Below, piece after piece: positions 38,230 to 48,600 of a stretch of DNA of 64,000 bases. Below the pieces are notes generated by a model. The model was not told the DNA's origin, made no database searches, and worked only from the letters and a program-made list of their open reading frames with translations. The number at the start of each line of letters is the position of its first letter. Positions within the stretch are counted from its first letter, which is position 1. The translations under genes were made by a program, and so were the position numbers. Location of the stretch: IMG/VR virus record IMGVR_UViG_3300030419_004471, positions 1-64,000 of that record; one strand, 5' to 3'.

Positions 38230-39388
38230 TCAGTTTGTTTTTTAAAACTTCAACATAACCATCTGCTAATCTTTCTAAATTTTGAAAATTATTTTCTATT
38301 CTAGGGAGATTAGAACGATATATGTTGTGAACTTCTTGTCTACTCATTTTAGCTATCTTTTTTACATTTTCATATTGTAGCTCAAATCGTTTGATATCAT
38401 TCAACTCATCATCAAAACTCAAATCAAATATATCTTCAAACACATCGAATCCTAATTTCTTTAATACTTTGTATAATCCTGCTACGCCAAAGAATATTGG
38501 TATTTGCCAAGACAAATATGGTTTAAATATTTTTTCTGATGTGTATATTGGATATTGATTTCCCTCACATGCATAGTTAGTACATCCAACAAGATGAAAA
38601 TAACTATTACTCGAATATGGTATTGTGGTTGAATCTTGTCCTACATTACCTTTCCACTCAGTATCTAAAACAATTGGTAAATCTTTTATAATATCTTCAT
38701 ATTCATTATTACTCAATCTATTTGGAGTTAAGGATTGAAAATGGTCTTTATATTTTGGTGTAGATTGTCCTTCCATATCATATCCAAGATAAGAAGTAAA
38801 ACAAGTATTTAATAGTCCATCCTTTTTTAAATATCCATACAATAACGTTCTATGTTCTTTAAACACTCCATTTGTAAATTGAAAATGTTTGTATCTAAGC
38901 ATATCCTGAAACCTAAGACTTAATAATGCATTTAACCACCTATTTCTATTTTTTCCTGTATTGTTTAAATACATATTGTATTGTGATTTGCATTTATTAC
39001 TACTCCATTTAGTATCGTATTGTGGAAATATAAACTCTATATCATCACCACCAGTATCACCAAATCCATTATCAGGATGAAATATTAATATTTTCTTATA
39101 CTTTAATTTTTCTCTTAAAAGTTTATACACATCCCCAATTTCCATTGATACCAGATTGGGTTGTTCAAAAACAAAAGCACTATCCATTAGTAGATAATCA
39201 TCTTCGGTTAAAATACTTTGTAAATAATCAATATTAGATTCTATATATCTTTTATTGTTTATCACATGCTGACCTGTTAGCATATCGTTGACCAAGGTTT
39301 TATATTTTATCCCTGTTCTTTTTAATGTATCTAACCAATCGGTTTCATACATTCCTTGACTATAATCATATTCTAGTGTATAAACCAT
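38213..39388 (-). CDS. Putative GT10-like glycosyltransferase
   Basis: YTSEKIFKPY...PIFFG...LGFDVFEDIFDLSFD. Confidence 0.5.
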   Translation of the reverse strand: MVYTLEYDYSQGMYETDWLDTLKRTGIKYKTLVNDMLTGQHVINNKRYIESNIDYLQSILTEDDYLLMDSAFVFEQPNLVSMEIGDVYKLLREKLKYKKILIFHPDNGFGDTGGDDIEFIFPQYDTKWSSNKCKSQYNMYLNNTGKNRNRWLNALLSLRFQDMLRYKHFQFTNGVFKEHRTLLYGYLKKDGLLNTCFTSYLGYDMEGQSTPKYKDHFQSLTPNRLSNNEYEDIIKDLPIVLDTEWKGNVGQDSTTIPYSSNSYFHLVGCTNYACEGNQYPIYTSEKIFKPYLSWQIPIFFGVAGLYKVLKKLGFDVFEDIFDLSFDDELNDIKRFELQYENVKKIAKMSRQEVHNIYRSNLPRIENNFQNLERLADGYVEVLKNKLNDSKT

Positions 39389-40184
39389 TTATATAGTTGT
39401 AAAGTTTATCTGCTATAATTTTATATCCCTTTATATTTGGGTGTAATGCATTTACATATTTTTTTTGTTTTCCTTGAGTTTTCATCGTTTCTGTAAATTC
39501 ACCTTGCCATATATCATCACCCTCATCTTTAATCTCATCAAAAAGTGTTGAATCTGGTTTGAAGAATGTTTTAGAAAATAATTTTGATGATTGTGATTCA
39601 AATGCATTACATTGTAAAAGTGGTATTTTATAATATGCACAATACTCTTGAATCATCAATTTATAATTTAGTGTTTTGTGTTCAAAGTATGAAGTATCTA
39701 AAAGATTAGATATATAATATTTTTTCCAATAAGCTTCAAATGGTGAACTTGTATTTTGATAAAACCTCTCTTTGTTTTCTATCAAATCATTACTCCAAAA
39801 AATAATTGAAGAATCTCTATCAAACGTATTTGGAAAAAAATCTGCTTGTTCTCTTAATGCCGATGACCATCCTATTATTACTAATGTGTTTTTATCAATC
39901 TTTCCCTCTTGCCTCAATTCCATAAAGAATTGTTGAAATTGATGATTAGCTCCACCAGATACTGCGAATACTTCATATGGTACATTAAACTTATCTGCTA
40001 ACCATCTAGTGTAACTATGTGTGGTTCTGAGTTCGTACAATGCTTTTGGTTGTCCTGCGAATCCGCTACCATCCTTTTCCCAATCGGGGATTTTTGATAA
40101 TTTAACAGCTTCATCTTCGTGGCTTATCCATCCTTCACCAATAGTCCAACTATCACCAATACCTATTATTTTATTAAACTTCAT
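39366..40184 (-). CDS. SGNH/GDSL hydrolase-fold protein (putative O-acyl transferase/esterase)
   Basis: GDSWT block I, VSGGAN, C-terminal HPN. Confidence 0.75.
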   Translation of the reverse strand: MKFNKIIGIGDSWTIGEGWISHEDEAVKLSKIPDWEKDGSGFAGQPKALYELRTTHSYTRWLADKFNVPYEVFAVSGGANHQFQQFFMELRQEGKIDKNTLVIIGWSSALREQADFFPNTFDRDSSIIFWSNDLIENKERFYQNTSSPFEAYWKKYYISNLLDTSYFEHKTLNYKLMIQEYCAYYKIPLLQCNAFESQSSKLFSKTFFKPDSTLFDEIKDEGDDIWQGEFTETMKTQGKQKKYVNALHPNIKGYKIIADKLYNYINGLYTRI

Positions 40185-41122
40185 ATACCCATTAGTTTTT
40201 GAGATATGATATCTTCAAAATCAGTTTTATTTTTTTCTTTTAATATTGAATTAACTTGTGAGAATCCCATCTCACCTGCATCTTTTTCGGTAGGTAAAAT
40301 ATTTGTAACCACTATGCCATTATTCATAAAGTAATTTACATAATATAGTGCTTGTTCCTGTGCATCATTATCCAACAATATTTTAATCTCCTTAACACCT
40401 TTTTTATAAATAGTATCCATTAGGGTTTTTGGGATAAATTTACCCAATAATGGAATTGCATTTCTTTTAATTGCTAAAGCATCAAATACACCCTCACATA
40501 ATGTAATTGGTTGATTCCAGTTTATTTGGTTTTCAAACATTGTAACATTTTTTGAAACTGGTGGATTTTTATACTTAAACTTCTCCTCAACAAATACAGA
40601 CCTTGCGATGAAGTAATTAAGTCTATTATCAGAATCATAAGAAGGAATAATAATCCTATTATTGTAAATACCACCATCACAATAACCGATATTATATCTG
40701 ATAATATCCTCTTTAGTGATTTCCCTATCTTTTGCATATTGTACCACCTTCTTATATAATGGATTCAATCCCTTTGGTTTTACCAATAGTGATTTAAATT
40801 CTGATGGTAACCTTAGTTCTACCCTTTCATCATCAGTAGAAACTGTAGAAACGATATAATCATCTCCATAGATTTCATATACCTTTTTTATTCTTTTATT
40901 ATCAACGTGTAATCTTCGTAAAAGGGTTTGTATTTTTCTTCCCTTTGAATCACAAACCCAGCAATGCCATTGTTGTGTATTTAAGTTTACTTGTAATTTC
41001 TTTTTATGATGATGACAAAATGGACAATGATGTGCTTGTTCATTACCTTTTAGGGATGTTCCTATTCCTAAAACATCATCTAAAATACCGATAATAATCG
41101 ATTTATCTCGTTGAGAAAGCAT
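40181..41122 (-). CDS. DNA primase (Zn finger + TOPRIM)
   Basis: CPFC...HCWVC, RIIIP, KYKNP, EGVFDA, LDND, KDAGE. Confidence 0.92.
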   Translation of the reverse strand: MLSQRDKSIIIGILDDVLGIGTSLKGNEQAHHCPFCHHHKKKLQVNLNTQQWHCWVCDSKGRKIQTLLRRLHVDNKRIKKVYEIYGDDYIVSTVSTDDERVELRLPSEFKSLLVKPKGLNPLYKKVVQYAKDREITKEDIIRYNIGYCDGGIYNNRIIIPSYDSDNRLNYFIARSVFVEEKFKYKNPPVSKNVTMFENQINWNQPITLCEGVFDALAIKRNAIPLLGKFIPKTLMDTIYKKGVKEIKILLDNDAQEQALYYVNYFMNNGIVVTNILPTEKDAGEMGFSQVNSILKEKNKTDFEDIISQKLMGI

Positions 41123-41141
41123 ATTTATTCAATTAACAATG

Positions 41142-41173
41142 TAAATATACGAAAAATATTCGAGAAATCCAAA
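41142..41173 (-). promoter_or_regulatory. Putative Bacteroidota-type (-33/-7) host promoter upstream of primase
   Basis: Minus strand TTTG-N20-TATATTTA; one mismatch to TTTG-N19-21-TAnnTTTG. Confidence 0.55.
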
Positions 41174-41656
41174 TTAAATTATACTTTTTTTTGTATTTAG
41201 TATTGCAAAATGAATAGCATACCTATTTCCTTTGGTTATTTGTGTAACTTCGTGTATATCAGTTCTACTAAATGTAAATAATTCACCAATTTCAATATTA
41301 TTTAGTGTATTTCCTTTTATAATGTAATCCCCACCATCAAAATCTTGATTTAACAAATACCCTGCACTCAAATAAGCATCATATGATGATTGGTCTGTAT
41401 GTGGTTTAAAATAATCTCCTTTTTTATAAACCATAAATGAAACCCAATCAGAAATTTCATAATTTGGATTTAATTTTTTAACATCTTTTTTTAATAATTC
41501 TATAAACCATTTATAATGTTGAGTGGGGCCATAATCAGAATTATGGTGTATCTCTGCTTTAATATGTTTTTTATGAGGTTCATCATATTCTTTCCAGTGT
41601 AATGCTGAATCGTTTATTACTTGAGTTATTAATTGTTTACAATATTTCTTTTCCAT
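41174..41656 (-). CDS. 2OG-Fe(II) oxygenase (prolyl hydroxylase-like)
   Basis: HTD, FDGG, HEV...KGNR motif set. Confidence 0.85.
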   Translation of the reverse strand: MEKKYCKQLITQVINDSALHWKEYDEPHKKHIKAEIHHNSDYGPTQHYKWFIELLKKDVKKLNPNYEISDWVSFMVYKKGDYFKPHTDQSSYDAYLSAGYLLNQDFDGGDYIIKGNTLNNIEIGELFTFSRTDIHEVTQITKGNRYAIHFAILNTKKSII

Positions 41657-42056
41657 CTTCTAAATCTTTTGTAAAGAACTTTCCTAATATATTATCATTC
41701 TTACAAGCAGTATTACCAAGAGCATTGTGTTTTATTTGTTCTTCTAATTCGTAATAAGTCATTGCTTTTTTTGTTTTACAGAATCTTAATATAGTTTTAG
41801 ATATAGTATCTTGTTCCCATTTTTTTACTTCTGAGTTTGATGATTGGTAGTCTTTCCAATCTGTTTCTTTAACTACCTTACGTTTTCTCTTAAATCCTTT
41901 AAGGGGTGGTAGTTTTCTATGTGAATATAGTGATTTTCTTCCGATATAGAATTCGCCTGTAAATTTGTGTTGAATTTTGTAAATGAATCCAATTACATCT
42001 TCAGGCATGTCGGATAGTTCGGTAATCAATTTACCTCCGAATGTCCAAGTTGGCAT
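41637..42056 (-). CDS. GIY-YIG-like nuclease domain protein
   Basis: GFIYKI...FYIGRK...WKDYQSS; likely start ATG at 42056. Confidence 0.65.
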   Translation of the reverse strand: MPTWTFGGKLITELSDMPEDVIGFIYKIQHKFTGEFYIGRKSLYSHRKLPPLKGFKRKRKVVKETDWKDYQSSNSEVKKWEQDTISKTILRFCKTKKAMTYYELEEQIKHNALGNTACKNDNILGKFFTKDLEDGKEIL

Positions 42057-42067
42057 AGTCAAAAATT

Positions 42068-42247
42068 TTATCGTTGAACTGAATCTGAATAAGGTTTTAG
42101 ATTAAGTTTAGCGCCTCTAGCTTTTTCTAAGTTTTTTTCATTTGCTAAATCAACTCCACCATCTACTGAGATAGGTGTTTTATCTGCATCCGATTTTCCT
42201 ATTTTAGAAAATTCTGATTTTTTAAATAAATCTATTATTGAAGCCAT
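42068..42247 (-). CDS. Small hypothetical protein (59 aa)
   Basis: Not in ORF track; MASIIDLFKKSEFSKIGKSDADKTPISVDGG...KPYSDSVQR; preceded by GAGG and the promoter motif. Confidence 0.75.
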   Translation of the reverse strand: MASIIDLFKKSEFSKIGKSDADKTPISVDGGVDLANEKNLEKARGAKLNLKPYSDSVQR

Positions 42248-42263
42248 AATTTTTCCTCTTTTA

Positions 42264-42272
42264 TATAAATAT
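42264..42272 (-). promoter_or_regulatory. Putative late promoter motif ATATTTATA
   Basis: Intergenic, upstream of the 42247 start. Confidence 0.7.
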
Positions 42273-42283
42273 AAGTTTTTTAG

Positions 42284-43567
42284 TTAAACATCAATTCTTA
42301 CAATAAAGTTCACAGGATAATCTGGTAAGTTCTTTATTGGTTTTGGTAATTTAGCTATTCCTAACATTTCATTATCACTATTATATAATCCAATAGTTGT
42401 AATAAATGGTGCTAAATATGAACCAGTTAAATCTGTTGAACCAGAATCCCAATAATCATCCCAACTTCCACTAACCCAATCATTAGTAGCTGAACTTGTA
42501 ACTGAACCAGAGTAATATGGTACTCGTTCTAGTCCAAAATTTTCAGTTATTTTTACTGAACCAGTGTTACCTCCTCTAACTAATGGGGTTGTATGAAAAT
42601 TATATGAACCGCTTGTAAAACTTTTAATTGCCGTTGGGTTTTGTGAGTAATTAAATTCACAATCTCCAACCTCTAAAAAGAATTCATGCTCATATATTGT
42701 ATGTGTAGCTCTATATCTTAATGTATAACCTTTTTCTAATGAAGTACAATTACTATCAGTCATTACAAGTAACCCATCATCATAGAATACATTACCCACA
42801 ATCCATTGTGACCAATTTGTTACATCTTCGAATGGATTATCTTCATCTCCAAATAAGATAATACCACATTGGAAATCCATTGTTAAAATGGATATATCAT
42901 TCATAGCGGTTGCTCTAGTATCTGCTGAACCTTGTGGTACTAATGTTAATACATTTAAAGAACCACTTTCTAAATCAGCGTTATCAGTTGTACCCTTATA
43001 TTGGTTACCGTCAAAATCTTCAAAATTGATTAATCCATTTTCAGCATCAAATAAAGTTATTTTAGCAGCTCTTGATGATGGTAGTAAATTACCATATCCA
43101 TCATCAACAACTTTTAGTTCGTTTGAATCTACTTTTGTTGAGGTTATAGTTAATTCTACTGAACCAGGTTGTATCTCTTCACCAAACTTAGATTGTGAAA
43201 CCGCTAATATTTCTATTTGTTTAGATAATAATCTTTGATTACCATATGCAAATTGTGGATGCTGTCTACCTGCTCCAGTTAATACAGATGATTTATTTGA
43301 TGGATGATAATATTTTGCGTTAATAGAATGATATAATGCTCTTTGAAAAAAGATATCTGTTTTCGATTCATTAATCGGGTCAAATAAAGTATTATTATCA
43401 AAAGCTGGAGTTCTTTGTAGGAATTCGGATTGTGCAGCTAAATCCCAATCTCCTATAGATGCTGATACTGCTGAATATAATGTATAATCACTTTGATTGG
43501 TAACATACGTTTTGTGAGTTACAAACGGTCTTATATTAACATTCTCAAATGGTATTTCTTTTAACAT
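42284..43567 (-). CDS. Putative tail/baseplate structural protein
   Basis: C-terminal FITTIGLYNSDNEMLGIAKLPKPI shared with the neighbouring gene; S/T/G-rich; structural module. Confidence 0.65.
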   Translation of the reverse strand: MLKEIPFENVNIRPFVTHKTYVTNQSDYTLYSAVSASIGDWDLAAQSEFLQRTPAFDNNTLFDPINESKTDIFFQRALYHSINAKYYHPSNKSSVLTGAGRQHPQFAYGNQRLLSKQIEILAVSQSKFGEEIQPGSVELTITSTKVDSNELKVVDDGYGNLLPSSRAAKITLFDAENGLINFEDFDGNQYKGTTDNADLESGSLNVLTLVPQGSADTRATAMNDISILTMDFQCGIILFGDEDNPFEDVTNWSQWIVGNVFYDDGLLVMTDSNCTSLEKGYTLRYRATHTIYEHEFFLEVGDCEFNYSQNPTAIKSFTSGSYNFHTTPLVRGGNTGSVKITENFGLERVPYYSGSVTSSATNDWVSGSWDDYWDSGSTDLTGSYLAPFITTIGLYNSDNEMLGIAKLPKPIKNLPDYPVNFIVRIDV

Positions 43568-43588
43568 ATAGATATTCCTTTTACTTTA

Positions 43589-43597
43589 TATAAATAT
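43589..43597 (-). promoter_or_regulatory. Putative late promoter motif ATATTTATA
   Basis: Intergenic, just downstream of a terminator. Confidence 0.7.
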
Positions 43598-43600
43598 TAC

Positions 43601-43634
43601 AAAAAGAAAAACCCCATTTATAATGAGGTTTTCT
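43601..43634 (-). terminator. Rho-independent terminator
   Basis: Minus strand AGAAAACCTCATT-ATA-AATGGGGTTTTTCTTTTT after the 43659 stop. Confidence 0.7.
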
Positions 43635-43658
43635 ACGTTTGAAATGTGTGCCTACGGT

Positions 43659-44912
43659 TTAAAAGTCTAATTTAACTTTAACTAATACTTCTTTATCGAA
43701 TGATTTTGCGATTGGTTGTGAAGTCTTTGCTACTGCTAGCATTTCGTTTGCGTTATTATACAATCCAATGGTTGTAATATATGTTCTTGGGTCTCTCTTA
43801 AATGATGAAACTGCGAATGTGTTATCTGAACCACTTACGAATGTTGGGTTGTTAGAGAAGTTAAAATCTCTATTCTGTGCCCTTACAAAGTAATGTGATG
43901 TAGATACATTTTCAGTTCTTCTTGCTTCGAAATCTCCTCCACCCTTAATTGCGTTATACAACCAAGTGTGTGCTTTCATATCATCATATACACCAGTAAA
44001 GTTTGAACCAGTTGTTGAGTATCCCTTTTTAGAACCACTATCTATAGAAACACCTACTTCAGCTTCTATAGCGCCAGGATTTAATATTATAATTCCTTGG
44101 TCTGGATAGAATAAACCATATCCTTGTCCTTTTGCGAAGTTAGTTCCTGAACCAGATGTGTATGTTTGTTCAACAGTTGCTTCAGCTGAAGTACCTAAGT
44201 TTAGTGAACCACTAACTACATTAAATACTCTACCTGATTTACCAACAGTGTCTGAAAATTTCTTTCCACTATCATCGATGAATGTTCCGATACCATGCGA
44301 ACCACTTATACTTAGTGACCAGTTACCAGGATCCATCATCTCTTTATATCTAGCTCTTGCTACATTAATAACAAATATATCTTCAGTATTATGACCATCA
44401 TCACCCGATTCTGTTACGAAACTAAAGTGAGAATCTGCTTGTCCTAATAAATAAGAACGATACTGCATGTATGTTGCTTTTGTTGGATTCTTAGCATCAT
44501 CATCAGTTGATAGTGCGACAGAACCACTACCACTAATATGTCCGTATGCTACTGCAAATTGTACTACTTGGTCTCCTAAAGATGCTGTTTGATAAACATT
44601 ATAATAATAATCACCCGAAGATGAAGCTGCTTGAGATGAAGAATGAAATTGTCCTAATGAACCTGTATTCCCCGTCCATAATCCTGTTGTTACTACTTCA
44701 ACCTTCCCAGTTACTTTGTCAAATTCATTGAATTTTTTATATATTCCAGATGCTGCTGATGTTCCTTCATTACTTAGTTGGTCTCCTCCACTTAAATATT
44801 CGTTTATGATTCCTGCTAAATCTTGAGAGTTAATTTCACCATCAGCGTTCTGTAGATACTGCGCCAACTCATTGGTTAACGATGCTCCTTGTTGTCCTGA
44901 TATTTCTGCCAT
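43659..44912 (-). CDS. Putative tail/baseplate structural protein (paralogue of 42284..43567)
   Basis: FNFSNNPT, YITTIGLYNNANEMLAVAKTSQPI. Confidence 0.65.
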   Translation of the reverse strand: MAEISGQQGASLTNELAQYLQNADGEINSQDLAGIINEYLSGGDQLSNEGTSAASGIYKKFNEFDKVTGKVEVVTTGLWTGNTGSLGQFHSSSQAASSSGDYYYNVYQTASLGDQVVQFAVAYGHISGSGSVALSTDDDAKNPTKATYMQYRSYLLGQADSHFSFVTESGDDGHNTEDIFVINVARARYKEMMDPGNWSLSISGSHGIGTFIDDSGKKFSDTVGKSGRVFNVVSGSLNLGTSAEATVEQTYTSGSGTNFAKGQGYGLFYPDQGIIILNPGAIEAEVGVSIDSGSKKGYSTTGSNFTGVYDDMKAHTWLYNAIKGGGDFEARRTENVSTSHYFVRAQNRDFNFSNNPTFVSGSDNTFAVSSFKRDPRTYITTIGLYNNANEMLAVAKTSQPIAKSFDKEVLVKVKLDF

Positions 44913-44926
44913 TTTTATTTACCCTT

Positions 44927-45553
44927 TTATTTTGCTACATATGTTATTGTTACTGGAATAGTTTGTGAACCACCAGTTTCATTACCATATACTGTTATTG
45001 TTGTCTTTATAGTTTCAGTTATATTAGGGTTCGGAATAAACGTAAATTTTAACCCTCCTTCAACTGCTGCTGTTGTAGTAACTTCATCACCTAAGAAAAT
45101 TGGAACTGAACCTGCTGATACTGCCAATCCACTACCAACAATTGAACCAGCGTTTTTATTTGCTAATACAACTGTATATCCAGCGGTAGAATTACCTGAT
45201 GGAGATGTAGTTGGTGCTAACGATACCTCACCACTATTCTGATTAACAGATATAGAAGGAACTCCAAATTCCACTTTAGGAATCTTTGTAGTACCTTTTG
45301 GTAATGTTACTAATTTATATCTTAATACTTGTGTTTCGTCTGGGGATGCTTCTAATATTGGAATTGCTTTGATAGCTGCATCATAATATGCAGACCCTTT
45401 TGGATGAGCTGGTTCGTATAAACCATAATCAATCTCATCATCACCCAAAGCAAATCTAGTAATATTCAATCCCTCGCCTGTTGCGAGCTTCTCTCTACCT
45501 TTTTTGGTAAGAATCGCATCGACTGTTATTTCTGTGTTGTCTAAATATGCCAT
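44927..45553 (-). CDS. Putative baseplate/tail-fibre attachment protein
   Basis: ILTKKGREKLA...ITRFALGD resembles N-termini of fibre/baseplate attachment domains. Confidence 0.6.
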   Translation of the reverse strand: MAYLDNTEITVDAILTKKGREKLATGEGLNITRFALGDDEIDYGLYEPAHPKGSAYYDAAIKAIPILEASPDETQVLRYKLVTLPKGTTKIPKVEFGVPSISVNQNSGEVSLAPTTSPSGNSTAGYTVVLANKNAGSIVGSGLAVSAGSVPIFLGDEVTTTAAVEGGLKFTFIPNPNITETIKTTITVYGNETGGSQTIPVTITYVAK

Positions 45554-45580
45554 AATGTTTATTCCCTATGTTTTACAATA

Positions 45581-45589
45581 TATAAATAT
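45581..45589 (-). promoter_or_regulatory. Putative late promoter motif ATATTTATA
   Basis: Intergenic, upstream of the 45553 start. Confidence 0.7.
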
Positions 45590-45612
45590 AACTATTTTAA
45601 AAAATAATAAAA

Positions 45613-48600
45613 CTATTCTACTTCTAATATCGGTTCTCCACTTCCTCTACCACTATCTGATACTTTTAGAGTGTTAGGATTAGTAGTAAATACCTCTACT
45701 GGAGGTGTTCCATCTAATGTAGTAGCTTGTGTTTGTTTACATCCTTTAAAATATAAATTTTCTAATGCAGTTGGTTTTTCCGATACCAGTTCATAATGAC
45801 CTGGTAATATTCCCTCAGCTGCTGTTACTTGTACAATTGTTCCATCCTCATCTTCTGTTCCTACCATTCCTGATAATGAACTAGTCCAATATTCATTTGA
45901 AGCTGATGGAACAAATGATACTATTGTTTTAAATCTTGATACTGATTCAGAAACTTGTGTACCTATAGATTTATCTTTTGAATCAATATTTATCTTTTGT
46001 TTAAATTTTTTCTCTTTTTTAATAATCCAAACTCTTACATCTTCTTTTTTGTAATTATTAAATTTATCCCTATAGATTCTTTGCCCATATCCATTTTTTA
46101 CAGGCCCCAATCCATATCCTATATTACTAAAGCTATAATCATCTAAACCAATAAATGTTCCAGTAAGTGATTCTAATTCAGATGAAGAAGATTCTGGTGC
46201 ATCTACTACTGTATCTATTGGAACTACAAAACTTCCATCTGTAGAACCAGAGTTTCTTAATATTGATGATTCTAAATTAGTAGTTGCAATATTATCTATT
46301 TCAGTATTATAGTTAAGGAAAGCTGTATCTAAATCTACAGTTGAACTTTCACTAATATATGTTTCATATTGAAGATTATAAGCTTCAAACTCAACTGATG
46401 ATGTTAAGTTTAAGGTACTATCTTTTTGTAGTAATGATAAATCTACGTTAACTACAGAACCCTTAGATACATCAAAATCACCTTGCGATGAAGTCATTAT
46501 TGTTCCTGTAGGTTTTTTTCTTTCTTCTTTACTTCTTTCTAAAAAGTGTGGTTCAATTAATAATCCATCAACTAATTTTGCTCTAGCTGGTATCATTTGT
46601 TTGACTGTTTCAAACAAAGATTTATCTATATATTTAATTAAATTAATATATTCGTAAATATTTAAATTGTATCTTGCAAATACATAATCTCTTAATTCAT
46701 CTAAATCAGGATAAGTATCTTTATACTGATGACCTGGCTCACCGATGTAATCATCTATACTTAAATCAGGTAATGATTTGATGATATCCATATTTAATTC
46801 TTTTGTTGGTGAAACAAATAATCCTAATCTATTAGAATCTTGTGGTGCTAAATCAAATGCCTTTTTAGTTACTCTTTGTTTATATGATAAATTTCCAGTC
46901 AATGATGATGATTCAAATCTAAATTTATCAGCAGGTCCGAATCCCATCGATGGTACTTTAGCAGTAACTTCTCTATCATATACCTCAAAGTGATATGGAT
47001 AAGATGTGTTAGTACTAAATCCACTAGCAGTTGCGTAAGATACATTGTATGAACCACCACCAACTGCAACATTTGATATAGATGTTGAAACATTTAAGTT
47101 TTCAGGATTTTCGAAATCCAATCTAAATTCTAAATCTTCAGTAGATGATGATACGTGATTACCAGATGTTTTATCAGGCATAAAGGAATGGTCTCTTATA
47201 ACAGATGCAGATAATGCTGAACTCCATATTCTAAATTCATCCAATGAACCTGTAAACCCATTACCAACTGATAATTGTGAACCACTAAAATATGAGTTTA
47301 TTGTATTTACTGGTTTAAAGTCAGTAGATGAACTCATTTCCATTCTAATTCTTCCTTGGAAATCCTGCATCGCAACCAATTCAATAGAAGCAGATGCATC
47401 TCCCGTAGATGCTGAATCAAAGTTTGTGTTTATAACTAAGTTTGTAAATTCATCATTAAATAATGAACCCGATTCTGTAATTACACTACCAAATGAAGAT
47501 GAGAAGTTTAATCTACCTACGTTTCCACGCTGATGTTCTAATGTTAGATTCCAATAAGGTTCGTTTGTTATTACTGATTGTGTATGTTGATTAGATGTTT
47601 TAAATCTTAATTCTACTGCGCTTGAAGATGATGCATCATTTTCTAAATTCCAATCTACTAATATCTTTGTATTTTGTTCATCGTTTGGCATCACAACTGC
47701 TGATGTTCTATCATCAAACGTGTATGTAGATGTTTGTGAGGTTTGTTGTCTTGGTCCTCCAAACTCCATAATGGTAAGAAGTGAAGATGGAACTCCATAT
47801 GTGGATAAAACTGCGCTTAATCCTCTTTTAGTTCCTTTATGTTTTAAAAGATATGGTAAGTTATTTAAAATTCTTCTCCAAATTGTATTTTCATAATCTT
47901 TACCAGTTATATTAAGTTGAGATGTTTGAGCGCTATCTCTATATCCTAAAACATATTCCCATAATTTTTTTGTTGATTGTGATGAGTGAGGTATCCAACT
48001 ATAATTTTTTAGAACATGCTTCAGCATATCATCACTAATTCCAACTCTTTTCTTTTCTTCTATTTTAATGTTTTTTGATAATGCTTTCGTATATGCCCAC
48101 AATATATCGAAGTGATGACCAATCATATCTAAGAACAATACAAAATCTTCTTGTTCACCATCGTTTCTAATATATTCAGGTATGTTATTTACTAAGTAAT
48201 TTTCATTTAATGTATCATATGCTGATGATGAAACTAATAATGTATCATACCAAGCTACTGTATCTGTACTTCCTGTTGATTGTAATGTTACACCATCTGA
48301 TTCTTTTGGGTATGCCAATGATGATGTTGAATTATATAAGAATTTTTCGAATCCATCAAAGTTTACTTTAATATCATTTTGTTTCTTAACAATACTTTCT
48401 CTTTCTCTTACTACTGATAATGAACCAGTTGAACTACCACTACCACTATCTATTCTATCTAAACTAGCAGAATATATTTCTAATAAAGATACTTTATAGT
48501 GAAAGTTTCTAGCTCTTTCTTCTGAAGAACCAAAATGTGCAAAGTTTTCAAACTTATAGGTTTCGCCTATTGAGCCATCAACACTATATCCATACTCTGT

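Noticed and set aside
41637-42056. Mobile homing endonuclease
   Set aside because: Only a short GIY-YIG-like domain, no DNA-binding repeats and no interrupted gene; mobility unsupported
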